NCBI GenBank assembly: GCA_005776395.1
Contig: SXPJ01000103.1
Location: 64,695 to 128,694, forward strand
Origin: Bdellovibrionales bacterium
Lineage (GTDB): Bacteria; Bdellovibrionota; FAC87; UBA2466
Length of the DNA stretch: 64,000 bases
Direction of reading: 5' to 3'
The position numbers and the translations under genes were made by a program. The notes beneath the pieces are model-generated. The model was not told the DNA's origin. It saw only the letters and a program-made list of their open reading frames with translations, and did no database searches. How positions within the stretch are numbered: position 1 is the first letter of the stretch; each line of letters opens with the position of its first letter. This document shows positions 40,703-49,903 of this stretch, piece after piece.

Positions 40703-41479
40703 ATGGAAGCTAGCCGAAAACTTGTTAGAACTTTTGGGGGAATGATTCTCTTTTCCTTAGAGTGTCTTGTTTTAACCTTCCAAAACAAGACAAAATGGAA
40801 TCAGGTGGTTGAACAGATTTTTCAGGTGGGGGTTAGATCCCTGGGAATGACTATCACTGCCGGGCTTTTTGTGGGGGCTATTATGGCTATTCAAATCGAT
40901 CTTCAGCTTAAGGATTTTGGAGCTGAGGCTTTTTTAGGGGGGCTTTCCACTTCTGCGACTCTTCGTAATGTAGGGCCTGTTCTTATTGCCTTTCTTCTCT
41001 CAGGAAAAGTAGGGGCCTATACCTCAGCTGAACTCGCGACTATGGGGGTGACAGAGCAGTTAAATGCCATTCGGCTATTAGGTGCAAATCCTATAGAGTA
41101 CATTATTCTTCCTAGAATTTGGGCCGTCGTAATCTCAAGCTTTCTGCTTTTAATAGTGGGCTTGATGATGACTATTTTCGGAGGGGTCATGTTTGCCGAA
41201 ATTATTGGGGTGAATGCTTTAAACTATATTTATAATATTCCATCTATTGTGACAGGTTGGAGTATTGCTCTCAGTGTAGTTAAAAGCTTTCTGTTTGGAG
41301 TCTTAATTGCGGTTGTTTCCTGCTACAAGGGATATTATGCCCGAGGGGGATCGGTAGGGGTGGGGGCCGCAGTCCAGAGCTGTTCTGTAACCAATTTAAT
41401 GCTTATTATTCTTTTTGATTTTTTACTTTCAATGGCATCTAGTACTCTTCAAGATCTTTTTAATGTGGGGTATCTTTGA
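40703..41479 (+). CDS. mlaE: MlaE/YrbE permease, copy 1
   Basis: LRNVGPV, GAYTSAELATM, EQLNA, PRIWA, GVGAAV; ATG 40703 follows the upstream stop. Confidence 0.88.
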   Translation: MEASRKLVRTFGGMILFSLECLVLTFQNKTKWNQVVEQIFQVGVRSLGMTITAGLFVGAIMAIQIDLQLKDFGAEAFLGGLSTSATLRNVGPVLIAFLLSGKVGAYTSAELATMGVTEQLNAIRLLGANPIEYIILPRIWAVVISSFLLLIVGLMMTIFGGVMFAEIIGVNALNYIYNIPSIVTGWSIALSVVKSFLFGVLIAVVSCYKGYYARGGSVGVGAAVQSCSVTNLMLIILFDFLLSMASSTLQDLFNVGYL

Positions 41480-42183
41480 AAATAAAAATCCCAAAATTAA
41501 AATTACCTTACCGATTTAGGAGAGCTGAAACTCTTCAACAGATGTATCTTTTAGGGGTTCAAAGTGTTCCCATTATTTTTGTTTCATTGGGATTTGTCGG
41601 ACTCATGATGATTCTTGAACTAGCATTTCACATGCGACTGGTCTTAAAGCATGATGCTTTGGTTCCTGCGTTTTCTGCTGTACTTATGGTGAGAGAGTTG
41701 GGACCAGTCATTACCTGTCTGCTTTTAACGTCGAGAATAGGTGCTGGAATAGCTGCAGAGATTGGAAGTATGAAAGTTACAGAACAATTAGATGCCTTGA
41801 AAATGCTTTCGATCGATTTTATTGATTACTTGGTTATTCCAAGATGGATTGGCGCTGTATTTTCAGCCTGCACTTTGACAGTTCTCTCAATTGCGGTCGC
41901 TCTTTTTGGAGGGGCTTTTTTAGCAACACAAAAATTGGGCACTAGCCCTGGGGAATATCTCAATACAGTTTTCTTTTTTGTGAAATTTTCGGATGTGGTG
42001 CGATGCCTTATTAAAGCGGCGATCTTTGGAACTTTAATTCCTTTCATTGCGGCATATCAAGGATTTACCTGTGGAACAGGCAGTGCTGCGGTGGGTGAGG
42101 CTGCGACACAAGCGGTCGTAAGGACCAGTTTATCCATCATTATTGCCGATTTTATTTTAACCTATTTATTCTACGCGATATAA
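41476..42183 (+). CDS. mlaE: MlaE/YrbE permease, copy 2
   Basis: VRELGPV, RIGAGIAAEIGSMKVTEQLDAL, VGEAATQAVV. Confidence 0.9.
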   Translation: MKIKIPKLKLPYRFRRAETLQQMYLLGVQSVPIIFVSLGFVGLMMILELAFHMRLVLKHDALVPAFSAVLMVRELGPVITCLLLTSRIGAGIAAEIGSMKVTEQLDALKMLSIDFIDYLVIPRWIGAVFSACTLTVLSIAVALFGGAFLATQKLGTSPGEYLNTVFFFVKFSDVVRCLIKAAIFGTLIPFIAAYQGFTCGTGSAAVGEAATQAVVRTSLSIIIADFILTYLFYAI

Positions 42184-42266
42184 TTATTTAAAGGCCTGTT
42201 TCGGCTTAAAAATTCCCTAATAACTTAAGAACAACAAGATAAACATCTAAGAAAGTCGCTATCCTT

Positions 42267-43061
42267 ATGCCAACAAATGCTAAAGGTTTGCACAAAGAAT
42301 TTTGGGTCGGAGCTTTATTTCTCACTGTCGTCCTGTTGCTAGTTATTTTTGGTTGGCTCATGGGGGTTATTGGGCCGCTTCAAAGCCATTCAAGGCTTTT
42401 TATTCTTTATAATTTTGCGGGGGGTATTGAGGTGGGTTCGCCGGTGCGAGTATCCGGTGTAAAGGTGGGAAAGGTTTCTAAAATTGAATTTCTTCCCGAG
42501 TCGACAAACCCCAAGGCCTCTCAACAGGAGAGCACAAGTTTAAAACTTACTGTTGATATTTCAACTAAAGCAGTTTCCTCCGTTAGAGAAGACTCTCGTT
42601 TCTATGTGAATATGGCAGGTATTATCGGTGAGAAATATATCGAGATTAGTCCAGGAACTGTTTTAGCCCCTGTTCTCGCTAATGGAGCTACCATACGAGG
42701 TGTGGATCCACCAAGAGTCGATCAGTTGTTATCTCAGGGGTATGGGGTCTTTGGACGTATTATGGATTTTATGGATGAAAACGAAAAGACACTCACCGAA
42801 TTTTTACAGGGCATGCAAGAGCTGATTACGGATGCGAATAAGCTCTTAAAGGGGAAAGAGCGGCATAAACTAATTATGTTAATAGATAATCTAAATGCAG
42901 TCACAAGTGATGTTCACGAGTTATCTACAAAAATGAAGAATCCAGAGACAGGAAAGTTTTATGATCAGATTTTTGATCTCGTAGATAGAGCCCATTCTAT
43001 TGATAAACCCGTTATTAAACAGTTCTTACAGGAAGAGGGCATTCGGGCCCGTATTTTTTAA
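42267..43061 (+). CDS. mlaD: MlaD/MCE domain protein with helical extension
   Basis: N-terminal TM, GGIEVGSPVRVSGVKVGKV, GIIGEKYIEISPG, then a helical region. Confidence 0.9.
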   Translation: MPTNAKGLHKEFWVGALFLTVVLLLVIFGWLMGVIGPLQSHSRLFILYNFAGGIEVGSPVRVSGVKVGKVSKIEFLPESTNPKASQQESTSLKLTVDISTKAVSSVREDSRFYVNMAGIIGEKYIEISPGTVLAPVLANGATIRGVDPPRVDQLLSQGYGVFGRIMDFMDENEKTLTEFLQGMQELITDANKLLKGKERHKLIMLIDNLNAVTSDVHELSTKMKNPETGKFYDQIFDLVDRAHSIDKPVIKQFLQEEGIRARIF

Positions 43062-43091
43062 GATTTAAGTTGAGAGGATTCTAGGGACTTT

Positions 43092-43625
43092 ATGTTTTTG
43101 CGATTCTTTAAAACTGCGATTTTTTTATCTCTATTTTTCATTTCAGCTCTTTTTGCCACTGCGGGGGGATTAGAGGAGCTTAAGTTAAAAAAACGCATTG
43201 GGCTTGGAGTTGTGGCTGGCGGTCCCTTTTCAGTATTAGGCTTGGAGATTGATATCAATGTGACTGAAGAGATTTCAGTAAGTGGAGGACTGGGAACAGG
43301 ACTCGATTACTCCACATTTACGATTAAAGGAAAATACTTTCTTCTAGGAGAGAAATTTAGCCCTTATATAGGTGCCGGACTAGCTAGATGGTGGACAGAT
43401 GGAACTTCGGAAACCAATATTGGTCCTAGTATTTTGAAAAATAAATTTCTCTCAGATTCTAATTATATTAATGGGTTTAATATTTGGCTCCTTTATCCAG
43501 CTTTGGGCGTGCAATATATTCATCCCTCTGGGGTTTCATTCTATGCGGAGATTCAAGCTCTATTTAAATTGCCGACGTTCGCCAATGGAACCTATGCGGG
43601 CTTAGGTGCTTTAGTTTATCTTTAG
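43092..43625 (+). CDS. Small outer-membrane beta-barrel protein
   Basis: Signal peptide; Gly-rich amphipathic strands, SPYIGAG, terminal GLGALVYL. Confidence 0.65.
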   Translation: MFLRFFKTAIFLSLFFISALFATAGGLEELKLKKRIGLGVVAGGPFSVLGLEIDINVTEEISVSGGLGTGLDYSTFTIKGKYFLLGEKFSPYIGAGLARWWTDGTSETNIGPSILKNKFLSDSNYINGFNIWLLYPALGVQYIHPSGVSFYAEIQALFKLPTFANGTYAGLGALVYL

Positions 43626-43634
43626 ATAGTAAAT

Positions 43635-45593
43635 GTGAAAAACCTTATTCAAAAATTTAAGCCTGGAGCACGATCGTTAAAAACGCAGCTTGCGATCTAC
43701 TTTATTCCAGTAGCACTTTTACCTGCCATCGTTGTAAGTTTTTATGCCACCAATGCACTTGAACAGAGTAATCAGGAGACACTCATCCGAAGGGCCTATT
43801 CGGAGAGGGATGCCATTGTTTCTGAAATTAATTCTAAGGAAAAAGAGTTTTTAGAACAGGCTAGAGTTCACGCTAAAACTGGAAAGCTCTTTTCAGCTGT
43901 TATTCAAAATGATCTGCTTCAAATAAATCAGGTATTAAATAATTTTCGACCTGGAGTTCGAGCTCGACTTTTTAATCAGGAGGGCAAATTCTGGACCAAA
44001 CGGAATCGGGATATTGTGGATCCTCAGATTCCTTATATCTCTAAAGAGGGGTTGAGAAGAGTTCGAGCTTTTTCGGAAACGGTAGATAGATATGTTTCCT
44101 ATGAGGATAAAGGGCTTATTACTGTGGTTAGAATTCTCTTGAAGGACAAGGATCGAGTTTATGGAATTCTTGAAGAGGAAATTATTTTTGGAACTACCGA
44201 GTTTAGTGATTTTAAAAACAAAAGAGAGTGTGATGTTTTATTTTTAACTCGTAATTTTGTTACAATGGCGGGAAGCTTTGCTCTGTCAAAAGAGGATCTT
44301 GGTGGGGTGACTAAGAAAATATTTCGAATTCCTGAAGAGGGGGGATGGTCTGGTTCTAAGGAGCCTACCTATTTACGTTTTGGAGATGGCCGTTATGCAG
44401 TTTTTCTCTATGACATGCCGGGAGTGTTTGGCCGAGTTAAACACTGGGGTTACGTGGGGGTTTTCTTGTCAATGAACTCGGTGGACTCAATTACCTCAAG
44501 ACTTAAGACAAATTTAATCTATGTCACACTCTTTATTGTTTTAGCCTTTGCAATCTGGATTTTTATTTTTTCAAATAGGATAGTACAGCCGGTAGAAAAG
44601 CTGGTCTTAGCCATGAAACGTATTAAGAGCGGTAGAGTTGAAGAGATTCCAACTCTAGAATCACCCTATGAGATTCAGTACCTTATTCATGCTTTTAATG
44701 ACATGGGCAGAAATGTAGTTTCTGTTAAAAAGGCGCTAGAGCAAAAGGTAGAGGAGCTTCGTAGTGCAAACCAAGAGATTACAAATGCACAAACACAGTT
44801 AGTGCACTCAGCAAAGATGGTCTCTTTAGGGCAGATTGTAGCCGGTGTGGCCCATGAACTTAATAATCCGATAGGTTCTATTCATAGCAATATGCAATCA
44901 TTGGACTCCTATATCCTAAAGATTCGAACGCTCGTTGAGGAGTATCATGGTTTAAGAGATAAACTCAGTGATGAAGAGAAAAAGGAGTGGATAAGTCTCG
45001 AGAAAGAGCTCGATATTGAGTTTATTTTAAATGACATTGGAGATTTAACTAAAAGCTGTATTGAAGGGGCAAGAAGAACCCGAGATATTGTTTCAGGGCT
45101 TAGAACCTTCTCTAGAATGGATACGGGCAGTTTTAGAATGGAAAATATTCATGAAGGATTATTAAGTACATTGAAACTTCTTGAGCCTGAGTTTAAAAAC
45201 CGAATTCATGTTCATAAAGAGCTGGAGCAGATTCCTGAGGTCGAGTGCAATTTGCAACAGCTTAATCAAGTGTTTATGAATTTGCTTTCAAATGCAGCTC
45301 ATGCCATTAACGCAAAAGGCGATGTTTGGATTCGTACTCGAAAAGAGAATGAGAGAGTCCTTATTGAAATCGAAGATTCTGGAGCTGGAATTCCTAAGGA
45401 GAATTTAAGTAAGATTTTTGATCCCTTTTTCACAACGAAAAAAGTAGGAGAGGGGACAGGTTTAGGCCTTAGTATTGCTTACGGCCTTGTACAAAAACAT
45501 CAGGGGCAGATCTCGGTTTTTAGTACTTTAGGTCGTGGGAGCAAGTTTGTTCTCACATTACCTATCCACCAGTCAGTAGCTAAAGCGAGTTAG
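43635..45593 (+). CDS. Membrane sensor histidine kinase (periplasmic sensor, HAMP, HisKA, HATPase)
   Basis: Two TM segments, HAMP, VAHELNNP, QVFMNLLSNA, DSGAGI, FDPFFTTK, GTGLGL. Confidence 0.92.
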   Translation: MKNLIQKFKPGARSLKTQLAIYFIPVALLPAIVVSFYATNALEQSNQETLIRRAYSERDAIVSEINSKEKEFLEQARVHAKTGKLFSAVIQNDLLQINQVLNNFRPGVRARLFNQEGKFWTKRNRDIVDPQIPYISKEGLRRVRAFSETVDRYVSYEDKGLITVVRILLKDKDRVYGILEEEIIFGTTEFSDFKNKRECDVLFLTRNFVTMAGSFALSKEDLGGVTKKIFRIPEEGGWSGSKEPTYLRFGDGRYAVFLYDMPGVFGRVKHWGYVGVFLSMNSVDSITSRLKTNLIYVTLFIVLAFAIWIFIFSNRIVQPVEKLVLAMKRIKSGRVEEIPTLESPYEIQYLIHAFNDMGRNVVSVKKALEQKVEELRSANQEITNAQTQLVHSAKMVSLGQIVAGVAHELNNPIGSIHSNMQSLDSYILKIRTLVEEYHGLRDKLSDEEKKEWISLEKELDIEFILNDIGDLTKSCIEGARRTRDIVSGLRTFSRMDTGSFRMENIHEGLLSTLKLLEPEFKNRIHVHKELEQIPEVECNLQQLNQVFMNLLSNAAHAINAKGDVWIRTRKENERVLIEIEDSGAGIPKENLSKIFDPFFTTKKVGEGTGLGLSIAYGLVQKHQGQISVFSTLGRGSKFVLTLPIHQSVAKAS

Positions 45594-45606
45594 TCTATTC
45601 AAATAT

Positions 45607-46872
45607 TTACAGCTGCATCCAAAGGTTAGCTGTCTTCCAATCTACTTCTGGAAAAAAGAGATCTCTTAATCCATGAATTAATTTTAACGTTTTAAACCCA
45701 TCCCAACTTTCATGAATGTGTTTTAAAATCGCTTCTGGAGAGCTTCGTTGAGCCTTGGCTGTTTCAAGGATCTTAAAAAAACTAAGAGAGTCAAGTAGCT
45801 CTTCAAATTGATTAAGATCGGAAATCTCAAGACTACCTAAAATCTCTTTTGTGAGTTTTTTTGTGTTGGGATTTTTTTGAGGCTCCTGGCTCCAGGTTTT
45901 TAATGCCTCGTTAATGTTTTTTATCACTTCAAAACTTTTCGGATGATAAAAGGTTACGGGCCTCTCACTTTCCATTTTTTGCCAGACCTTTTCAGTTCCT
46001 ACACCTGTCCCAAAGGGAACTCGGTCACTTTTTCTACCAATAAGTCTTACGAGTCCCTCAGTTGCTTGATGAATTTGTCCGATTTTTACAGCTTTATTTA
46101 AGAAGTAAAAATCCTCAGCTGCATTTCGTTTCGGAAAACCTCTTACTTTAGCGTAGCATTCTGGTCTTACTGCAATCGTACTTCCTAAAGATTCATGTGC
46201 ATAAGGAGAATTGGCATACTTAAGGCCTGCGACATAATAACGTAGCGAATATTCATAGAGTCTTAGGGCCTCCATCTGTTCGTAATTACCTACATGGGTG
46301 TAAGGATGGAGAAGAACATCGGCATCTGTTGTTTGCTCAATCTTAAAATAGTCGTTGTCCACAACCGCATCTCCATCGGTAGTGTGGATATACTTACAAC
46401 TTAAAACAGGTGTCGTGGTGAGGGCTAGAGCCAGATCACAACCTAGTTTTCTTGCTTTTCCTACCCCCTCTTTAGATGAGAAGAGATTCGGCTCATCATT
46501 ATGATTAAGAAGAATGAGATCAACTTGAGATGAAAGCTCATAAAGGGTCATCAGCGGAAAATCGTGGAAGAGGGTGCTTTTAAAAGACTTAAAGAAATTA
46601 AGAGTGGTTTCATTTTCCTCTTTTACCCAGTCTCTAGAAAGTTCGTGGCGATTAATGACTGTGATAAGAAGAGTTTTGTTTTTTATTACTTCTGAAGCCT
46701 TAAGCAAAGAAATAAGGCCTTGATCCAACCAGAGAGAAACCTCTCCATAGATCGGAATAACTACACAGTGGCCATATCTTTTTTCTTTGTTAGGGAAAAA
46801 GGTGGGCCTAAAAAGACCCTTAGGGACTTCAGGTTCTGCGTATTGGTCTAAATATTTTATTAGGGCTCTCAA
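45607..46872 (-). CDS. GT-A fold (GT2-like) protein
   Basis: VVIPIYGE, GVGKARKLG, TDGD, GGF-like RGFP, EDFYFL, SDRVPFGTG; TTG start 11 nt after miaE. Confidence 0.65.
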   Translation of the reverse strand: MRALIKYLDQYAEPEVPKGLFRPTFFPNKEKRYGHCVVIPIYGEVSLWLDQGLISLLKASEVIKNKTLLITVINRHELSRDWVKEENETTLNFFKSFKSTLFHDFPLMTLYELSSQVDLILLNHNDEPNLFSSKEGVGKARKLGCDLALALTTTPVLSCKYIHTTDGDAVVDNDYFKIEQTTDADVLLHPYTHVGNYEQMEALRLYEYSLRYYVAGLKYANSPYAHESLGSTIAVRPECYAKVRGFPKRNAAEDFYFLNKAVKIGQIHQATEGLVRLIGRKSDRVPFGTGVGTEKVWQKMESERPVTFYHPKSFEVIKNINEALKTWSQEPQKNPNTKKLTKEILGSLEISDLNQFEELLDSLSFFKILETAKAQRSSPEAILKHIHESWDGFKTLKLIHGLRDLFFPEVDWKTANLWMQL

Positions 46873-46883
46873 CTTGAATCCCT

Positions 46884-47474
46884 TTAGTGAAGTGCTGAAC
46901 GATAAGGAACAGAGATAATAGCTTGGGCTTCAATCTCTAACCATTCATTAAGTCTTTTTTCGATGAGTTCTTTCGAAAAATAGAGGGAGGATAATTTCAC
47001 AAAAAGCCCTTTATGGGCCTCCTCAGCACGAGCCAATCTTCGATAAAAGTTTTTAAGATCCCCTTCGGGAAGTTTATCAGCTACAAGGTGCAGTCTTTCA
47101 CAGCCGCGAGCTTCAATGACTGAAGAGACCAAAAGTCTATCTAAAAATCTTTCATCCCGTCCAAATCGAACCTGTTTCATTATCTGTCCCACATAGATAT
47201 CCTCTTTATCAGGGGGAAGAATCAGGTTTTTTTGAGAGATCAATCGATAGACCTGGTGAAAGTGTTCTAGCTCTTCTCTGGCAAAGGAGATCATGGGCTC
47301 GATGATTTCCGGTCGGTCAGGATATCTTACTACAAAAGACATCCCTACTGCTGATGCCTTTCTTTCACACGAGGCATGATCTAGCAAAAAAGCATCAAAG
47401 TCTTTAAGGGCAGTTTCAGCCCACTGCGGTGGGGTCTGGATTTTAAGTTGAAACTCTGAGTTTAGGGCCAACAT
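46884..47474 (-). CDS. miaE: tRNA-(ms2io6A) hydroxylase
   Basis: LLDHASCERKA, REELEHF, IEARGCER, LARAEEAH di-iron ligands. Confidence 0.9.
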   Translation of the reverse strand: MLALNSEFQLKIQTPPQWAETALKDFDAFLLDHASCERKASAVGMSFVVRYPDRPEIIEPMISFAREELEHFHQVYRLISQKNLILPPDKEDIYVGQIMKQVRFGRDERFLDRLLVSSVIEARGCERLHLVADKLPEGDLKNFYRRLARAEEAHKGLFVKLSSLYFSKELIEKRLNEWLEIEAQAIISVPYRSALH

Positions 47475-47562
47475 GAAGTGGTGCTATTCAGTTCACTTGT
47501 TAAAGTCAATCTTAGCGTTTTATTCTTGAGCAAAGCTCAGAGTTTGTTTTACCATAAAGGGC

Positions 47563-48072
47563 ATGAAACTTAGATCTCTCAAGTCTCAAGGGTTTACTCT
47601 CATTGAACTCATTATGGTTGTAGGTCTTCTTGTTATTTTAGCGGCTATCGCTATTCCTAATTTTATCGATTTTAGAAAAGAGGCTAAGAATTCGAGTACT
47701 CAGGCCGCATTAGGAGTTTTACGTTCGGCTGTGGTTATTGCGGCCGCTTCGATTCAATTGAAAGAGGATCCTAGTAACCCCACCCCTAAATTTCCCACCT
47801 TTGAAGAGATGCAGAAAAACTCCTTTTTAGATGCTCATCCTGTTTTAAAGGGAAACAAAATTATTGAAGGAGCTAACGGTGTTCCAAAGAACCCTTGGAC
47901 CCAAGCGACTTTACCTACTATCCATTTTAATAAGATTTTAAATTGTCCAGCCCCCAAAGGTTCGACTCATCCGATCGAGACTCATCAGGGGTGGTGTTAC
48001 TTAGAATCCACCGGAGAAATTTGGGCAAACTCTTACCTCAATGGCGATACCCCTGCTGAAAATAATTTCTAA
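47563..48072 (+). CDS. Type IV pilin/pseudopilin (MshA-like)
   Basis: Class III signal G|FTLIELIMVVGLLVILAAIAIPNF; C-terminal Cys pair. Confidence 0.85.
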   Translation: MKLRSLKSQGFTLIELIMVVGLLVILAAIAIPNFIDFRKEAKNSSTQAALGVLRSAVVIAAASIQLKEDPSNPTPKFPTFEEMQKNSFLDAHPVLKGNKIIEGANGVPKNPWTQATLPTIHFNKILNCPAPKGSTHPIETHQGWCYLESTGEIWANSYLNGDTPAENNF

Positions 48073-48227
48073 ATAGTTTTTGCCGGATGAAACCCGACAG
48101 AAACTAAATAGAGTTCAGTTTCCTGTGTTTTCTGCTCCCTTTTTAGACTCTGTTTTTTCTTTTTTCCCACAACCTCTTCTGGCCCCGAGTTGCAAACACT
48201 CTTACTTTTTAAACCTAAAAAGGAGAG

Positions 48228-48449
48228 ATGATGAAACCTTGCTATAAACTTAAAGTGGAAGAGATTGTTCGTTTGATTGAGGCTCAAGATCTTAAGAAGT
48301 ACTGGGTCGCCGAGGTGGCAGGAGTTCATAAGACTACCTTAAGAAGATGGCTCAAAGGCTCAATTCAAAAGGTAAAGGAGCCCCATCTTCACAGCCTCGC
48401 CAGAGTTCTAACGACCGAAGCCACCCAAATTGGCGAATTTGTCTCTTAA
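48228..48449 (+). CDS. Small XRE/Cro-like helix-turn-helix protein
   Basis: KYWVAEVAGVHKTTLRRWLKG HTH; AAGGAG SD. Confidence 0.7.
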   Translation: MMKPCYKLKVEEIVRLIEAQDLKKYWVAEVAGVHKTTLRRWLKGSIQKVKEPHLHSLARVLTTEATQIGEFVS

Positions 48450-48457
48450 AGTGAGTA

Positions 48458-48482
48458 GGCTGCATCCTTAATGGGTGCAGCC
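48458..48482 (+). terminator. GC-rich hairpin after the HTH gene
   Basis: GGCTGCATCC-TTAAT-GGGTGCAGCC; no clear U-tract. Confidence 0.4.
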
Positions 48483-48592
48483 AACATGCTGAATTAATTA
48501 ATAAATAAAGGAATACGAAAGCGAAACTCCAGCATTGACACCCTGTGATGATTTTGGGTATATAGGGGGTTCTTATTTTTCAAAGGAGTCCT

Positions 48593-49195
48593 ATGAAGTT
48601 TTCCAATCTGTTCAGTGCTCTTGTGGTGGTGGTTTTGGGTGTAAGCTCTCTAAAGGCCGATATAACCAGCCCCCCTGTCCTGTCGGGGGATTTTATAAAG
48701 GAAAACAAAGTTTTAAAAGGGAGCTGGTCGGGAGGAAAAAACTTTACTCCTAGAGCCTGTTCTCGAGGCTTTTATATAGGCCGCGCTAAAGTTAAGGGGC
48801 TATTTGAAAATGTGAAGATGGAGCTTTTAGATGAAAACGTCATGGATGTTTATGCTTCAATCGTGGATGTTTACGCTAGAGTGGAAGGGGAATACCTGGG
48901 AGATTACTCTGCCTGTCAGAATGTCTCAGGATGGTTAGGTGTTTTAGCGGATAGAATTGAGGTTCAAGCAAAAGTTACCATTCCGGACAGCTCCGATAAG
49001 GTTAAAATTAAGGTCTCTTTAGTTAAATTGGGCCACCTGCACTTTGGAAATTATGTGCCTAAATGGTTTGAAAACTTAGCGACCGACTCTTTGAATCAAG
49101 CTTTGGTGCAGATATGGAAAACCTGCTTAGGTGAATGGCTTAATCAGCGTTTTTCAGATTACTTCAATGGCTTGCATGGTAAAAGAGGGATATAA
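48593..49195 (+). CDS. Exported hypothetical protein
   Basis: AAGGAG SD; signal peptide ending LKA; long beta strands followed by an amphipathic helix. Confidence 0.7.
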   Translation: MKFSNLFSALVVVVLGVSSLKADITSPPVLSGDFIKENKVLKGSWSGGKNFTPRACSRGFYIGRAKVKGLFENVKMELLDENVMDVYASIVDVYARVEGEYLGDYSACQNVSGWLGVLADRIEVQAKVTIPDSSDKVKIKVSLVKLGHLHFGNYVPKWFENLATDSLNQALVQIWKTCLGEWLNQRFSDYFNGLHGKRGI

Positions 49196-49204
49196 TTTTC
49201 CCTT

Positions 49205-49723
49205 ATGGAAGATTATAACCTTCTTCGGTTTATCCATTTCGCCTCTCGAACTACAAAAATTAAATTAGGGATAGTGTTCCTTACTGGCACCTTCATTGTG
49301 ACGGGAACCCTATTTACGTTGTCTACCCTTTGGAAAATTTATAAAGGATCTGTTCCTGTTCACGAAGAGACTCTAAGAGAGCCTGCAGCTATTTTTCATG
49401 AAGAGGCATTGAAGACCTATGAAATCAAAGGGATTAGTGTGGGGTTCATGGACAGAAAAGATAGTCGTATGGCTTACTCTCAATTTACTTTGGTTTTTAA
49501 TTGTGCTGATGAACCCTGCAAGAAAAATTTATTGCTCAATCACGCTAAAGTTCTAGACACCATTTTTGAGGTGAGCAGTAATTTTTACGTCGAAGATTTT
49601 GTTCATCCTGAGGCAAATAAGGGGTTCTCAAAATTAAAATCCAAACTTACTGAGGATCTTCAAAAGAAATTTGCCGATCTCGCCCCTAAAGGGGTTGTGA
49701 TCCAAGATTGGTTTATGAATTGA
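49205..49723 (+). CDS. FliL-like protein (divergent paralogue)
   Basis: Single TM; C-terminal pattern AKVLDTI...KLKSKL...KGVVIQDWFMN parallels FliL at 51444 (AALRDAI...SLRVEV...KEVFFTQFHFN). Confidence 0.6.
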   Translation: MEDYNLLRFIHFASRTTKIKLGIVFLTGTFIVTGTLFTLSTLWKIYKGSVPVHEETLREPAAIFHEEALKTYEIKGISVGFMDRKDSRMAYSQFTLVFNCADEPCKKNLLLNHAKVLDTIFEVSSNFYVEDFVHPEANKGFSKLKSKLTEDLQKKFADLAPKGVVIQDWFMN

Positions 49724-49903
49724 GCCAAAATTGTCACTTGTGATAGTTCATTGAACACCTTTTAAACTCCATTTCAGCGGTAGTTACGCACCCCATAGCC
49801 ATTTGGCATCCTATTGCATATGACTAACTCTAGGGCTCTATCCCTTTTATAAGGGTGAGCTTAGCTAAGAGTGGAACGTAGGTTACAGTGGAGAACCTTT
49901 ATT

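Noticed and set aside
49804..49818. Sigma54-like TGGCATCCTATTGCA before the lipoprotein gene
   Set aside because: GG-GC spacing is 9 nt rather than the required 10, unless there is a 1-nt sequence error.
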